A stretch of 64,000 nt of DNA, taken from Sphingobium sp. Lineage in GTDB: Bacteria > Pseudomonadota > Alphaproteobacteria > Sphingomonadales > Sphingomonadaceae. Position numbers and translations under genes: made by a program. This document shows positions 30,608 to 39,084 of the stretch, in pieces. The notes beneath the pieces were generated by a model. That model was not told the origin of the DNA and ran no database searches. It worked only from the letters and a program-made list of their open reading frames with translations. The stretch lies in assembly GCA_017984895.1 (NCBI GenBank), contig JAGNYO010000005.1:1010-65009 (forward strand), given 5' to 3'. Position 1 is the stretch's first letter; each line of letters opens with the position of its first letter.

Positions 30608-31573
30608 ATGACGACCAGCAGACACACGCGCATGTTGATCCTTGGTTCCGGGCCGGCAGGTCTGTCAGCCGCGATCTATGGTGCGCGCGCTGGGTTGAAG
30701 CCGTTGGTCGTGCAAGGCATGCAGCCGGGCGGTCAGCTTACGATCACCACCGATGTCGAGAACTATCCCGGTTTCCGCGACGTGATCCAGGGGCCTTGGC
30801 TGATGCAGGAGATGCAGGCGCAGGCGGAGCATGTGGGTGCGGAAATGCACTGGGACCAGATCGTCGATGTCGATCTGTCGCGGCGCCCGTTTCGCCTCAC
30901 TGGCGACGGCGGTGATGTCTATACGGCCGATAGCCTCATCATCAGCACCGGCGCGCAGGCGCAATGGCTGGGTATCGAGGGTGAGCAAGCGCTTTCGGGT
31001 AAGGGTGTTTCCGCCTGCGCCACCTGCGACGGCTTCTTCTATCGCCGCAAGAAAGTGGTGGTGATCGGCGGCGGCAACACAGCGGTTGAGGAAGCGCTTT
31101 ATCTCACCAACCATAGCCAGGACGTGACGCTGATTCATCGGCGAGACAGCTTGCGGGCGGAAAAGATCTTGCAAGAGCGGCTGTTCGCGCATCCGCATAT
31201 CAAGGTGCTATGGAACAAGCGGGCCGACCGTTTTGTCGGAGGCGGCAGCCCTGAGGGGCTGGTGGGCGTTAATCTTGTCGATACTATAACTGGCGAGGCA
31301 TCGTATGAGCCAACGGAAGGCGCGTTCGTCGCGATCGGCCACAAGCCCTCGACCGAGCTGTTTGCGGGCAAGCTCCCTCTTGATAACGGCTATCTGGTAG
31401 TGGAAAAGGGCGGATCAAAAACCGCGATTCCCGGTGTGTTTGCAGCAGGCGACGTGGCGGATCAGGTTTATCGCCAGGCGGTGACAGCGGCGGGCATGGG
31501 CTGCATGGCCGCGCTGGATGCCGAGCGCTTCCTTGCCGAGACGGATTTCGAGGCGGCGCAGGCGGCGGAATAA
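30608..31573 (+). CDS. trxB: Thioredoxin-disulfide reductase
   Basis: Start at internal M18 (MTTSRHTRMLILGSGPAG..). Redox CATC motif (..ACATCDGFF..). NADPH motif ..VIGGGNTAVEEA.. Confidence 0.93.
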   Translation: MTTSRHTRMLILGSGPAGLSAAIYGARAGLKPLVVQGMQPGGQLTITTDVENYPGFRDVIQGPWLMQEMQAQAEHVGAEMHWDQIVDVDLSRRPFRLTGDGGDVYTADSLIISTGAQAQWLGIEGEQALSGKGVSACATCDGFFYRRKKVVVIGGGNTAVEEALYLTNHSQDVTLIHRRDSLRAEKILQERLFAHPHIKVLWNKRADRFVGGGSPEGLVGVNLVDTITGEASYEPTEGAFVAIGHKPSTELFAGKLPLDNGYLVVEKGGSKTAIPGVFAAGDVADQVYRQAVTAAGMGCMAALDAERFLAETDFEAAQAAE

Positions 31574-31582
31574 TCCCCGCGA

Positions 31583-31879
31583 TTAACGCCTCGTGGCGAG
31601 CTTGCTTTCCACGAAGGCAGTGAGGGCACCAAACGTCTCGAAGGTGTCGCCATCCACATCGTCATCTTCTATGACAATGCCGAATCGATCCTCAATCTCG
31701 GTCAGAAGGGTGGCTACGGCCATCGAGTCCAGTTCCGGAATCGCACCGAACAGAGGCGTATCTGCCGAAAGCGCGCTGGCCGTGGCGCCCTTCAACGCCA
31801 GAACATCCCGCAATGTATCACGCAGGCGCACCTCTACTGACGGAGGAGCCACATTCTTTTCATGAGATTTATCACGCAT
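31583..31879 (-). CDS. Acyl carrier protein (exosortase-locus associated)
   Basis: 98 aa from ATG 31879 (MRDKSHEK..). Phosphopantetheine-site context ..FGAIPELDSMAVATLLTEIEDRFG.. The longer 162-aa track ORF would overlap the upstream GNAT gene. Confidence 0.8.
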   Translation of the reverse strand: MRDKSHEKNVAPPSVEVRLRDTLRDVLALKGATASALSADTPLFGAIPELDSMAVATLLTEIEDRFGIVIEDDDVDGDTFETFGALTAFVESKLATRR

Positions 31880-31895
31880 GTGCGCGCCTCTATCG

Positions 31896-32933
31896 TCAAG
31901 TAGGGCGGCGGACAAGCTGGGAAATGCGGGTTCTAAGAGCGGGGAGCCACTGGCCTGCCCTGCGCGGATCAAAGCAATCGAGCCGCAGCATCGGGCGTTC
32001 GCGCTCCATCCAATCCCGCTTGTAAGCGTTGCCGCCGGTGCCATAATCGATGCGGGAGACTTTCTCGACATCGATCATGTGGGCGAACATGTGATGACTG
32101 AGTAGGGTGCCTGGGGAGTGGGAATCTTCGGTGTTATCATGCGCGATCTTGTGGATGCAGGCGGTGTCGCCCTCGATCGTCCAGAGCTGGGCGGCGACAC
32201 CGTGCCCGTCATGGCGCGCGATACCGAGGCGCAGGTATCCGCGCGCGCCCGCCTCCTCCGCTACGGCACGGACCATAGCGGGATACGGCTCGGCGTTTTT
32301 CCAGCTCGCGGCATAGACGGCGCAATATTCCTGCCACAGTGGATCGTTCAGATTCCTATGAATGTCGTAGGCATAGCGGCCTGAACGTTGTTTCCGTCGG
32401 ACAGAGGCGCGTAATGCGCCTGGTCGCGTTCGCCAATAGGCCTCGAAATCTTGGCTTTCCAGATCAACAATATAATTGCCGCCCTGATCGGTCAGCAGTG
32501 CGATCCACCCCGCGCAGGCGAAGGCGCGGCGCAGCAATTCGGGCATAGCATCGCCTTCATTGTCGATCAGCGGATAGAGGCTGATTCGCCCCGCACTCCC
32601 GCGCAGGCCCGCCGCGATCTGAAGCACCAGCGCGTCGCGCACGGCCGCGTCCTCCACGCCCTCGAACACCGGCGCGTAGGAGAAGCTGTAATAGTTGGCG
32701 AGCGCGCTCAAACGGCCATCCTCGGCATCCCGCACCAGCGGTAGCACGGCGGATGCATCGCCGATCCGCGCCTGCGGGGTCAGCACTTCGCGTCCTGCAA
32801 AGCAATGCCGTGCCAGCATATCGAACCACGCACGCCGGTGAAAACCCCACGCGGCGCCAGTCGCGGCCCTACCATCCAGCTCCGCGGCGCTATCGTCTTT
32901 CCGTGGCGGGGAAATGTCTCTATCCCGGTTCAT
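31896..32933 (-). CDS. GNAT / FemAB-like (Acetyltransf_6, CelD-like) acyltransferase
   Basis: 345 aa from ATG 32933 (MNRDRD..; the track start at 32963 is TTG). ..YYSFSYAPV.., ..FEAYW..RPGALRASVRRK.., ..YLRLGI..G..VAAQLW..IHK.AHD..SPGTLL.. resemble the BioF2-like/CelD acetyltransferase family as I recall it. Confidence 0.65.
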   Translation of the reverse strand: MNRDRDISPPRKDDSAAELDGRAATGAAWGFHRRAWFDMLARHCFAGREVLTPQARIGDASAVLPLVRDAEDGRLSALANYYSFSYAPVFEGVEDAAVRDALVLQIAAGLRGSAGRISLYPLIDNEGDAMPELLRRAFACAGWIALLTDQGGNYIVDLESQDFEAYWRTRPGALRASVRRKQRSGRYAYDIHRNLNDPLWQEYCAVYAASWKNAEPYPAMVRAVAEEAGARGYLRLGIARHDGHGVAAQLWTIEGDTACIHKIAHDNTEDSHSPGTLLSHHMFAHMIDVEKVSRIDYGTGGNAYKRDWMERERPMLRLDCFDPRRAGQWLPALRTRISQLVRRPT

Positions 32934-32957
32934 GATGCGCCTGAATAGCGTATAGTC

Positions 32958-34511
32958 GTGCAAATGGGGTTAAGTGATTTGCCAGTGAAGCCAATAGACC
33001 ATTTGCCGATAGCGGGCGCGGCTGTGGCCGGAGGCGAAGCGCAGGCAATAGCGGGCAAGGCCGGGGCGCTGAGCTATGCCGCGCTCGAAGAGGCAGTGGG
33101 CCGCATGGCGGGCTGGCTGGCTTCGCATGGCTTCGCGCCGGGCGCGCGGATGGCGAGCTGGGTAAGCAAAGGTCGACTCGCCTGCATCATGCCATTGGCT
33201 GCGCCGCGCGCCGGGCTGATCCATGTGCCGATCAACCCGCTGTTGAAGCACGCGCAGGTGGCGCATATCCTTGCCGATAGCGGCGCGAGCTTGATAATCG
33301 GGACGGCGGCGCGGCTCGGCTCCCTGGAGCCAGGCGACGTGCCGGAGGCATGCCTCACAAGGGTCGAGGATGCGGCGCTGGCTGAGGCGCAGCACTGCAC
33401 CGCCATGCCGCCATCGGATGCTGAGCAGCATGCGCTCGCTGCCATCCTTTACACTTCCGGCTCCACCGGCAGACCCAAGGGCGTGATGCTGAGCCATGCG
33501 AATCTGTGGCTGGGCGCGGTATCTGTGGCGGAGTATCTGTGCTTCAGCCCGCAGGACCGTGTGCTCGGGGTGCTGCCGTTCAGCTTTGATTATGGCCAGA
33601 ACCAGATGCTCTCTACATGGGCAGCGGGGGGCACGGTGGTGCCGCTCGATTACCTCACCGCGCGCGATGTGGTGAAGGCGGTAGAACGGGAGGGCATCAC
33701 CACGCTCGCCGGTGTGCCGCCGCTCTGGGTGCAGCTTGTGGAGGCAGAGTGGCCACCCGAGACGGCGGCGCGGATGCGGCGCATCACCAATAGCGGCGGT
33801 GCGCTGACCAAGGCGCTGATCGGACGGTTGGCTGCGCTGTTCCCCAATGCAGACATCTATCCCATGTATGGCCTGACGGAGGCGTTTCGCTCCACTTATC
33901 TGCCGCCGGAGCTGGTCGCCACCCACCCCGAAAGCATGGGCCGCGCGATCCCCCATGCGGAGATTCTCGTCTGTCGCCCTGACGGCAGCCTGACAGCGGA
34001 TGACGAGCCGGGCGAGCTGGTGCATTGCGGGCCGCTGGTGGCGCAAGGCTATTGGAACGACCCGGTGCGCACCGCTGAGCGGTTTCGCCCCGCGCCGCCC
34101 TGCTCCAGCTATGACGGGCTGGCGGTGTGGTCTGGCGATACTGTGCGGCGGGATGAGGAAGGCTTGCTCACTTTCGTGGGGCGGGAGGACGCGATGATAA
34201 AATCCGCTGGCAACCGCATCAGCCCCACGGAGGTTGAGGAAGCGGCGCAATCGGTGGCGGGCGTGGCGGAGGCGGTGGCGCTCGGCGTGCCGGATGCGCG
34301 TCTGGGGCAGGCAGTGCTGCTGCTGGTGCGAGTGTTGAGCGACGATGCGGTGGACGCGCTGCGTGAAAGTTTGAAGAAGGAGCTGCCCAATTTCATGATG
34401 CCGTCTGAAATCCGCGTGGTGGAGGCCTTCCCGCGCAACGCCAATGGCAAGATAGACCGCGTGGCTTTGGCGCAGGAGTGGCGCGCGCTGGCCGGGGAGG
34501 GCGCGGAATGA
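32958..34511 (+). CDS. AMP-forming acyl-CoA/acyl-carrier ligase, exosortase A system-associated type
   Basis: 517 aa. AMP-binding motif ..ILYTSGSTGRPKGVMLSHANL.. A8/A10-like ..GDTVRRDEEGLLTFVGRED..IK.. and ..NANGKIDR.. Start ambiguous (GTG 32958, ATG 32964 or GTG 32985). Confidence 0.85.
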   Translation: MQMGLSDLPVKPIDHLPIAGAAVAGGEAQAIAGKAGALSYAALEEAVGRMAGWLASHGFAPGARMASWVSKGRLACIMPLAAPRAGLIHVPINPLLKHAQVAHILADSGASLIIGTAARLGSLEPGDVPEACLTRVEDAALAEAQHCTAMPPSDAEQHALAAILYTSGSTGRPKGVMLSHANLWLGAVSVAEYLCFSPQDRVLGVLPFSFDYGQNQMLSTWAAGGTVVPLDYLTARDVVKAVEREGITTLAGVPPLWVQLVEAEWPPETAARMRRITNSGGALTKALIGRLAALFPNADIYPMYGLTEAFRSTYLPPELVATHPESMGRAIPHAEILVCRPDGSLTADDEPGELVHCGPLVAQGYWNDPVRTAERFRPAPPCSSYDGLAVWSGDTVRRDEEGLLTFVGREDAMIKSAGNRISPTEVEEAAQSVAGVAEAVALGVPDARLGQAVLLLVRVLSDDAVDALRESLKKELPNFMMPSEIRVVEAFPRNANGKIDRVALAQEWRALAGEGAE

Positions 34512-35764
34512 GTATAGGCAGGGGCATGAAGCCGATGGGGCCGATCCCGCCAGGCTATGAGGCAGAGGAGGGGATGCTGCTGATCGGCGGGTGTGGCGCT
34601 GCGGCGCTGGTCGATGAAGCGGGCGATACACCGCTGTTCGTTTATGACATGGCGCTGGTGCGTAGGCGCGTGGCGATGCTGCGCGAGGCAATGCCGGACG
34701 GGCTGCACCTGCATTACGCGATCAAGGCCAACCCCTATCCGCCGCTGCTTGCCGCCATGACGGAGGTGGTCGACGGGTTCGATATCGCGTCTGGCGGCGA
34801 GTTGGCGCGTGCACTGGAGGCCGGGATGGGGGCGGAAGCGATCAGCTTTGCCGGGCCGGGCAAGCGTGACGACGAGCTGCGCGCCGCGATTCAGGCGGGC
34901 GTAACGATCAACCTCGAGTCGGAAGGCGAGGCGATGCGGGCGTTGCGGATTGGCGAGGTGGTGGGCGTCACCCCGCGCCTTGCTGTGCGTGTGAACCCGG
35001 ACTTTGACCTCAAGGGCTCCGGTATGAAGATGGGCGGCGGGGCGAAGCCGTTTGGGCTAGATGCGGACCGCGCCGCGGCGCTGGCGCGGGAAGTGATTGG
35101 CGCCGGGGCGGACTGGCGCGGGTGGCATATCTTTGCGGGCAGCCAGGCGCTCGATGCCGCCTCGATCATCGAAGCACAGGCGGCGACTTTGGCGCTGGCG
35201 GCGCGGCTGTCGGAGGAGGTAGGCGCGACTCCGCCGCTCGTGAACCTCGGCGGGGGTTTTGGCGTGCCCTATTTCCCTGGCGACTTGCCGCTGGATATCC
35301 GCGCGGTCGGCCTCGCATTGGAGGAGGGACTGACGCTGTTGCCCGATGCGCTGAAAGGCAGCGCCATCGCGCTGGAGCTGGGGCGCTATCTGGTGGCGGA
35401 GGCGGGCGTCTATCTCACGCGTGTTGTCGATGTGAAAGTCAGCCATGGCGAGCGGTTCGCGGTGGTGGACGGCGGCCTGCATCATCAACTGGCGGCGAGT
35501 GGCAACTTCGGCACGGTGGTGCGGCGCAATTATCCGCTCGTCATCGCCAACAAATATGGGCTGGCGGACGAAGCGCAGGAGCCGGTCAGCGTGGTGGGTT
35601 GCCTGTGCACCCCGCTGGACAAGCTGGGTGACAAGGTGATGCTGCCGCCCGTAGAGACGGGCGATCTGGTGGCGATCTTCCTCGCCGGTGCCTATGGCGC
35701 CAGCGCATCCCCCGCTGCCTTTCTGGGTCATGCGCCAGCGAATGAGATCCTCCTCGGCGAATAG
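34508..35764 (+). CDS. PLP-dependent decarboxylase (Orn/DAP/Arg decarboxylase fold), exosortase A system-associated type
   Basis: 418 aa from ATG 34508 (ATGA overlap with the ligase stop). ..HYAIKANP.. PLP-lysine motif, ..GGGFGVPY.., ..VGCLCTPLD.. are typical of DAP-decarboxylase-like enzymes. Confidence 0.85.
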   Translation: MSIGRGMKPMGPIPPGYEAEEGMLLIGGCGAAALVDEAGDTPLFVYDMALVRRRVAMLREAMPDGLHLHYAIKANPYPPLLAAMTEVVDGFDIASGGELARALEAGMGAEAISFAGPGKRDDELRAAIQAGVTINLESEGEAMRALRIGEVVGVTPRLAVRVNPDFDLKGSGMKMGGGAKPFGLDADRAAALAREVIGAGADWRGWHIFAGSQALDAASIIEAQAATLALAARLSEEVGATPPLVNLGGGFGVPYFPGDLPLDIRAVGLALEEGLTLLPDALKGSAIALELGRYLVAEAGVYLTRVVDVKVSHGERFAVVDGGLHHQLAASGNFGTVVRRNYPLVIANKYGLADEAQEPVSVVGCLCTPLDKLGDKVMLPPVETGDLVAIFLAGAYGASASPAAFLGHAPANEILLGE

Positions 35765-35916
35765 GGGAAACCCGACCCTAATACGATATTTTACAGACTG
35801 TCCTAACGGTATGTTCACCGTTTGCGGGCAATAGCAGCTATTATCACGCGTCCTGTATTCCTGCCCCGTTTCATAGTAAGGGAAGGTGTGCGGGGCATCG
35901 ACACGAGGTAAAAGGC

Positions 35917-36561
35917 ATGATGCGCGCATCTTTAGCGAAACTAGTTATCGGCTTGGCGGCCGCATCGGCGCTGCTGACCGGATGCTCCAGCGGATCGTCC
36001 GACGCACAGCTTCCTCCCGCGAGCTTCGTCGGGACACAGGAAGGGCCGGGCGAGGAATATATCATCGGCCCGCTGGATGAGCTGACAATCTTTGTCTGGC
36101 GCAACCCCGAGCTGGGTTCGAAGGTGCAGGTGCGCCCTGATGGCCGCATCACCACGCCGCTGATCGCGGACATGCCCGCCGTCGGCAAGACGCCCAAGAT
36201 GCTATCCGAGGATATCAAGCTGGCGCTGTCCAGCTATATCCAGAATCCGCTGGTTTCTGTCATTGTCAACAATTTTTCCGGCACCTTCAGCCAGCAGATC
36301 CGCATCGTCGGCGCGACCGAAAAGCCCGCCTCGATCCCCTATCGCGCCAACATGACGCTGCTCGATGCGATGATCGCAGTGGGTGGCCTCTCGGAATATG
36401 CCGCTGGCAACCGCGCGCGCCTCGTCCGTTATGACAAGCCGAGCGGCAAGCAGAAGGAATATAAGGTGCGGATCAACGACCTGATCAAGCAGGGCGACAC
36501 CAAGGCGAATGTGCTGCTCGCACCGGGTGATGTCATCATCATCCCCGAGAGCATGTTCTAA
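35917..36561 (+). CDS. Polysaccharide export lipoprotein (Wza-like periplasmic domain; PEP-CTERM locus type)
   Basis: 214 aa. Lipobox ..LLTGC.. ..YIIGPLDELTIFVW..V.PDGRIT.PLI.. Poly_export motif. Soluble-ligand-binding repeat ..GDVIIIPE.. Confidence 0.85.
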   Translation: MMRASLAKLVIGLAAASALLTGCSSGSSDAQLPPASFVGTQEGPGEEYIIGPLDELTIFVWRNPELGSKVQVRPDGRITTPLIADMPAVGKTPKMLSEDIKLALSSYIQNPLVSVIVNNFSGTFSQQIRIVGATEKPASIPYRANMTLLDAMIAVGGLSEYAAGNRARLVRYDKPSGKQKEYKVRINDLIKQGDTKANVLLAPGDVIIIPESMF

Positions 36562-36587
36562 GTAATCGAGCGACTGGACGACCCAAT

Positions 36588-38105
36588 ATGCCGAGCCTCT
36601 ATGACGAATTGCTGATCGCGCTCCATGGCGTCTGGAACCGGCGCTGGCTGGCGCTGGCGGTCGCGTGGGGCGTGTGTATGGCCGGGTGGCTGGCGGTGTC
36701 GCTGATCCCGAATGCCTATGAATCCAAAGCCAAGGTGTTTGTCGCCACCCAGTCGATCATACAGGACAAGATCGGCATTTCTGCGGCGGAGCAGCAGAAA
36801 AATCTCGATGCCATCCGCCAGACTTTGGGCAGCGCCGCCAACCTTGAGAAGGTGGTGCGCGGCACGGATCTGGCCGGCACCGTGGCGTCCGAGGCGGATA
36901 TCGCCGCGCGGGCAGGGTCACTCAAGGACAAAATCTCTATCGTATCGAGCGAGAATAACCTGTTCGAGATCACGACGACGATTGCCGATAGCGGTAATTC
37001 AGACCGCGCCAATGCGCGCCTCGCCAACCAGATCACACAGAAGCTGCTCGATATTTTCCAGGAGGAGAACATCACCGGCAACCGCGACGAGACGAAGCAG
37101 GGCCTCGCTTTCCTCGATCAGCAGATCGCGCAGACCGGCAAGTCGTTGGCAGACGCGGAAAAAAAGCGGGTGGAGTTCAACCAGCAGTTCGCAGGGATTT
37201 TGCCCGGCGCGGGGTCTATCTTTGACCGGATGGCGGCGGCGCAGACCGAGCTGAACCAGATCGAGTCGCAACTGATGGGCGCGCAGAGCGCGCTGGCGGC
37301 GATGAATGGCCAACTCGCCGGAACGCCCGCCAATATTGCGGGCGGCGCAGGCGGCGGCACTCCTTCGGCTTTGGCGCAGGCGCAGGGCGAACTGGCTTCG
37401 GCCAAGGCGCGCGGCTGGACCGACAATCACCCCGATGTTATTGCGATGAAGCGCCAGATCGCGGCGATCAAGGCGGCGGGCGGCGGCGCGGCGAGCGCGG
37501 GCAGCAGTGCGCCCAACCCAGCCTATCTCTCGATCCGCTCGATGCAGGCGGAGCGTGCGGCGGCGGTGAACGCGTTGTCTGCGCGCAAGAGCCAGATCGA
37601 GGCTGATCTCGCTGCCGTGACGACGCGGCAGATCGCTGATCCCGGCCTTGCGTCCGAGGGCGAGCGGCTGGACCGGGATTATGATGTGCTGAAGGCGCAA
37701 TATGACAAGCTGCTCTCCGATCGGGGCGAGGTGCGCTTGCGCGGCGATGTGCAGAGCGAAACGAAGGGCGCTGCTTTTCGCATCATCGATCCGCCGAGTA
37801 TGCCTACAGCGCCAGCCTCGCCCAACCGGCCGATGCTGCTTGTCGGTGTGCTGATAGTCGGTATTGGCGCGGGCATCGGCGTGGCGTTCCTGCTGGGGCA
37901 GGTGCATCCCACTTTCCCGACAGCGGCGCGGCTGAGCAAGGCGGCGGGTCTGCCGGTGATCGGCACGGTGACGGAGACGCTGAATGCAGGCCAGATTGCG
38001 GAGCGCAAGCACAAGATGAAGCTGTTTGCCGGCGCGAGCGGAGCGTTGGGTGCGGCGTGTATGTTGCTCATCGTCGTCGAGTTCATTCAGCGCGGCATGG
38101 CATGA
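36588..38105 (+). CDS. Polysaccharide chain-length determinant (Wzz/PCP family; PEP-CTERM locus type)
   Basis: 505 aa. N-terminal TM, a long coiled-coil periplasmic region, and a C-terminal TM after a ..PP.P..P..P.. motif (..IDPPSMPTAPASPNRPMLL..). Confidence 0.85.
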   Translation: MPSLYDELLIALHGVWNRRWLALAVAWGVCMAGWLAVSLIPNAYESKAKVFVATQSIIQDKIGISAAEQQKNLDAIRQTLGSAANLEKVVRGTDLAGTVASEADIAARAGSLKDKISIVSSENNLFEITTTIADSGNSDRANARLANQITQKLLDIFQEENITGNRDETKQGLAFLDQQIAQTGKSLADAEKKRVEFNQQFAGILPGAGSIFDRMAAAQTELNQIESQLMGAQSALAAMNGQLAGTPANIAGGAGGGTPSALAQAQGELASAKARGWTDNHPDVIAMKRQIAAIKAAGGGAASAGSSAPNPAYLSIRSMQAERAAAVNALSARKSQIEADLAAVTTRQIADPGLASEGERLDRDYDVLKAQYDKLLSDRGEVRLRGDVQSETKGAAFRIIDPPSMPTAPASPNRPMLLVGVLIVGIGAGIGVAFLLGQVHPTFPTAARLSKAAGLPVIGTVTETLNAGQIAERKHKMKLFAGASGALGAACMLLIVVEFIQRGMA

Positions 38106-39079
38106 AGGGGACGCCAGATATGGGCAAAGAAAATTTCCCGCATCGTGACCGCAGCACCGCCGTCCCTGCCAGAGGGTTGCTGGAGCGCGCGTCGGACATA
38201 TTCGATTTTGGTGGGGCGCTGAAAGGGCAGGGCTTGCCGCCGCTGGCCGTGCCGCCGGAGCTGATCCCGCCGCCGCCGGTCTACACCGCGCCCGCCGCGC
38301 CGCCGACCGCGCCTGGCATTGCTCCCAAGCCTCGCGCTGCGGACTGGGCCGGGCCGGTGCAGGCGCTTGACCGCGAGGTGCTGGGCGAGAACGGCTTTAT
38401 CGTCCCCGGCGCGCCGATCACTGGCCTCGCCGAGGAGTTTCGCATCATCAAGCGCGAGTTGCAGGCGGGCCTGCGGCAGGATGGCGAGGCGCATGAGGAC
38501 GGCCGCGTCGTGCTGATCGCATCCGCGCATCCGGGCGATGGCAAGACCTTCTGCGCCGTCAATCTCGCGCTCTCGCTCGCTGCGGAAAGCCATGTCGAGG
38601 TGCTGCTGGTCGATGGCGATGTGGCGAAGCCTGATGCGCCGCGCCTGCTGGGGCTGGAGGCAGGCAAAGGCTTGCTCGATGTGCTGGCCAATCCGGCGTT
38701 GCGAGTAGAGGATTATGTGATCCGCACCGATGTGCCGGGCCTTGCCGTGCTGCCGGCCGGAACCGGCACCACGCGCGATGGCGAATTTCTTGCCTCGGCG
38801 CAGATGGACGCGGTGATCAAGGCGCTGGTTTCCGGGCGGCCGGAGCGGATCGTCATCATGGATTCTGCGCCGTTGCTCGCTGCGTCTGCCGCCTCGATCC
38901 TTGCTGCGCATGTGGGCCTGACGCTGCTGGTTGTGCGCGCAGACCGCACCAGCGAGACGGCGCTACGCGACGCGGCGGAGTTGCTCAACGGCTGCAAGAA
39001 TGTGCAGCTCATGCTCAACGGCGTCAAATTCTCCGCCAGCGGCCGCCGCTTCGGCACCTATTACGGCAGGGAGAGCTGA
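38102..39079 (+). CDS. BY-kinase-like P-loop ATPase (chain-length-determinant tyrosine kinase type)
   Basis: 325 aa from ATG 38102 (ATGA overlap). Walker A ..SAHPGDGKTF.., A' ..VLLVDGD.., B ..IVIMDSAP.. C-terminus ..GTYYGRES. Pro-rich N-terminal linker. Confidence 0.8.
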   Translation: MKGTPDMGKENFPHRDRSTAVPARGLLERASDIFDFGGALKGQGLPPLAVPPELIPPPPVYTAPAAPPTAPGIAPKPRAADWAGPVQALDREVLGENGFIVPGAPITGLAEEFRIIKRELQAGLRQDGEAHEDGRVVLIASAHPGDGKTFCAVNLALSLAAESHVEVLLVDGDVAKPDAPRLLGLEAGKGLLDVLANPALRVEDYVIRTDVPGLAVLPAGTGTTRDGEFLASAQMDAVIKALVSGRPERIVIMDSAPLLAASAASILAAHVGLTLLVVRADRTSETALRDAAELLNGCKNVQLMLNGVKFSASGRRFGTYYGRES

Positions 39080-39084
39080 GCCTC

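Noticed and set aside
36115-36122. GGTTCGAA (tRNA T-loop-like) string. More generally, all gaps over 70 nt were searched for tRNA, rRNA or riboswitch-like structure.
   Set aside because: The string lies inside the export-lipoprotein coding frame with no cloverleaf context. No intergenic gap showed tRNA-like acceptor and T-arm pairing. No CRISPR-like direct repeats were seen anywhere.
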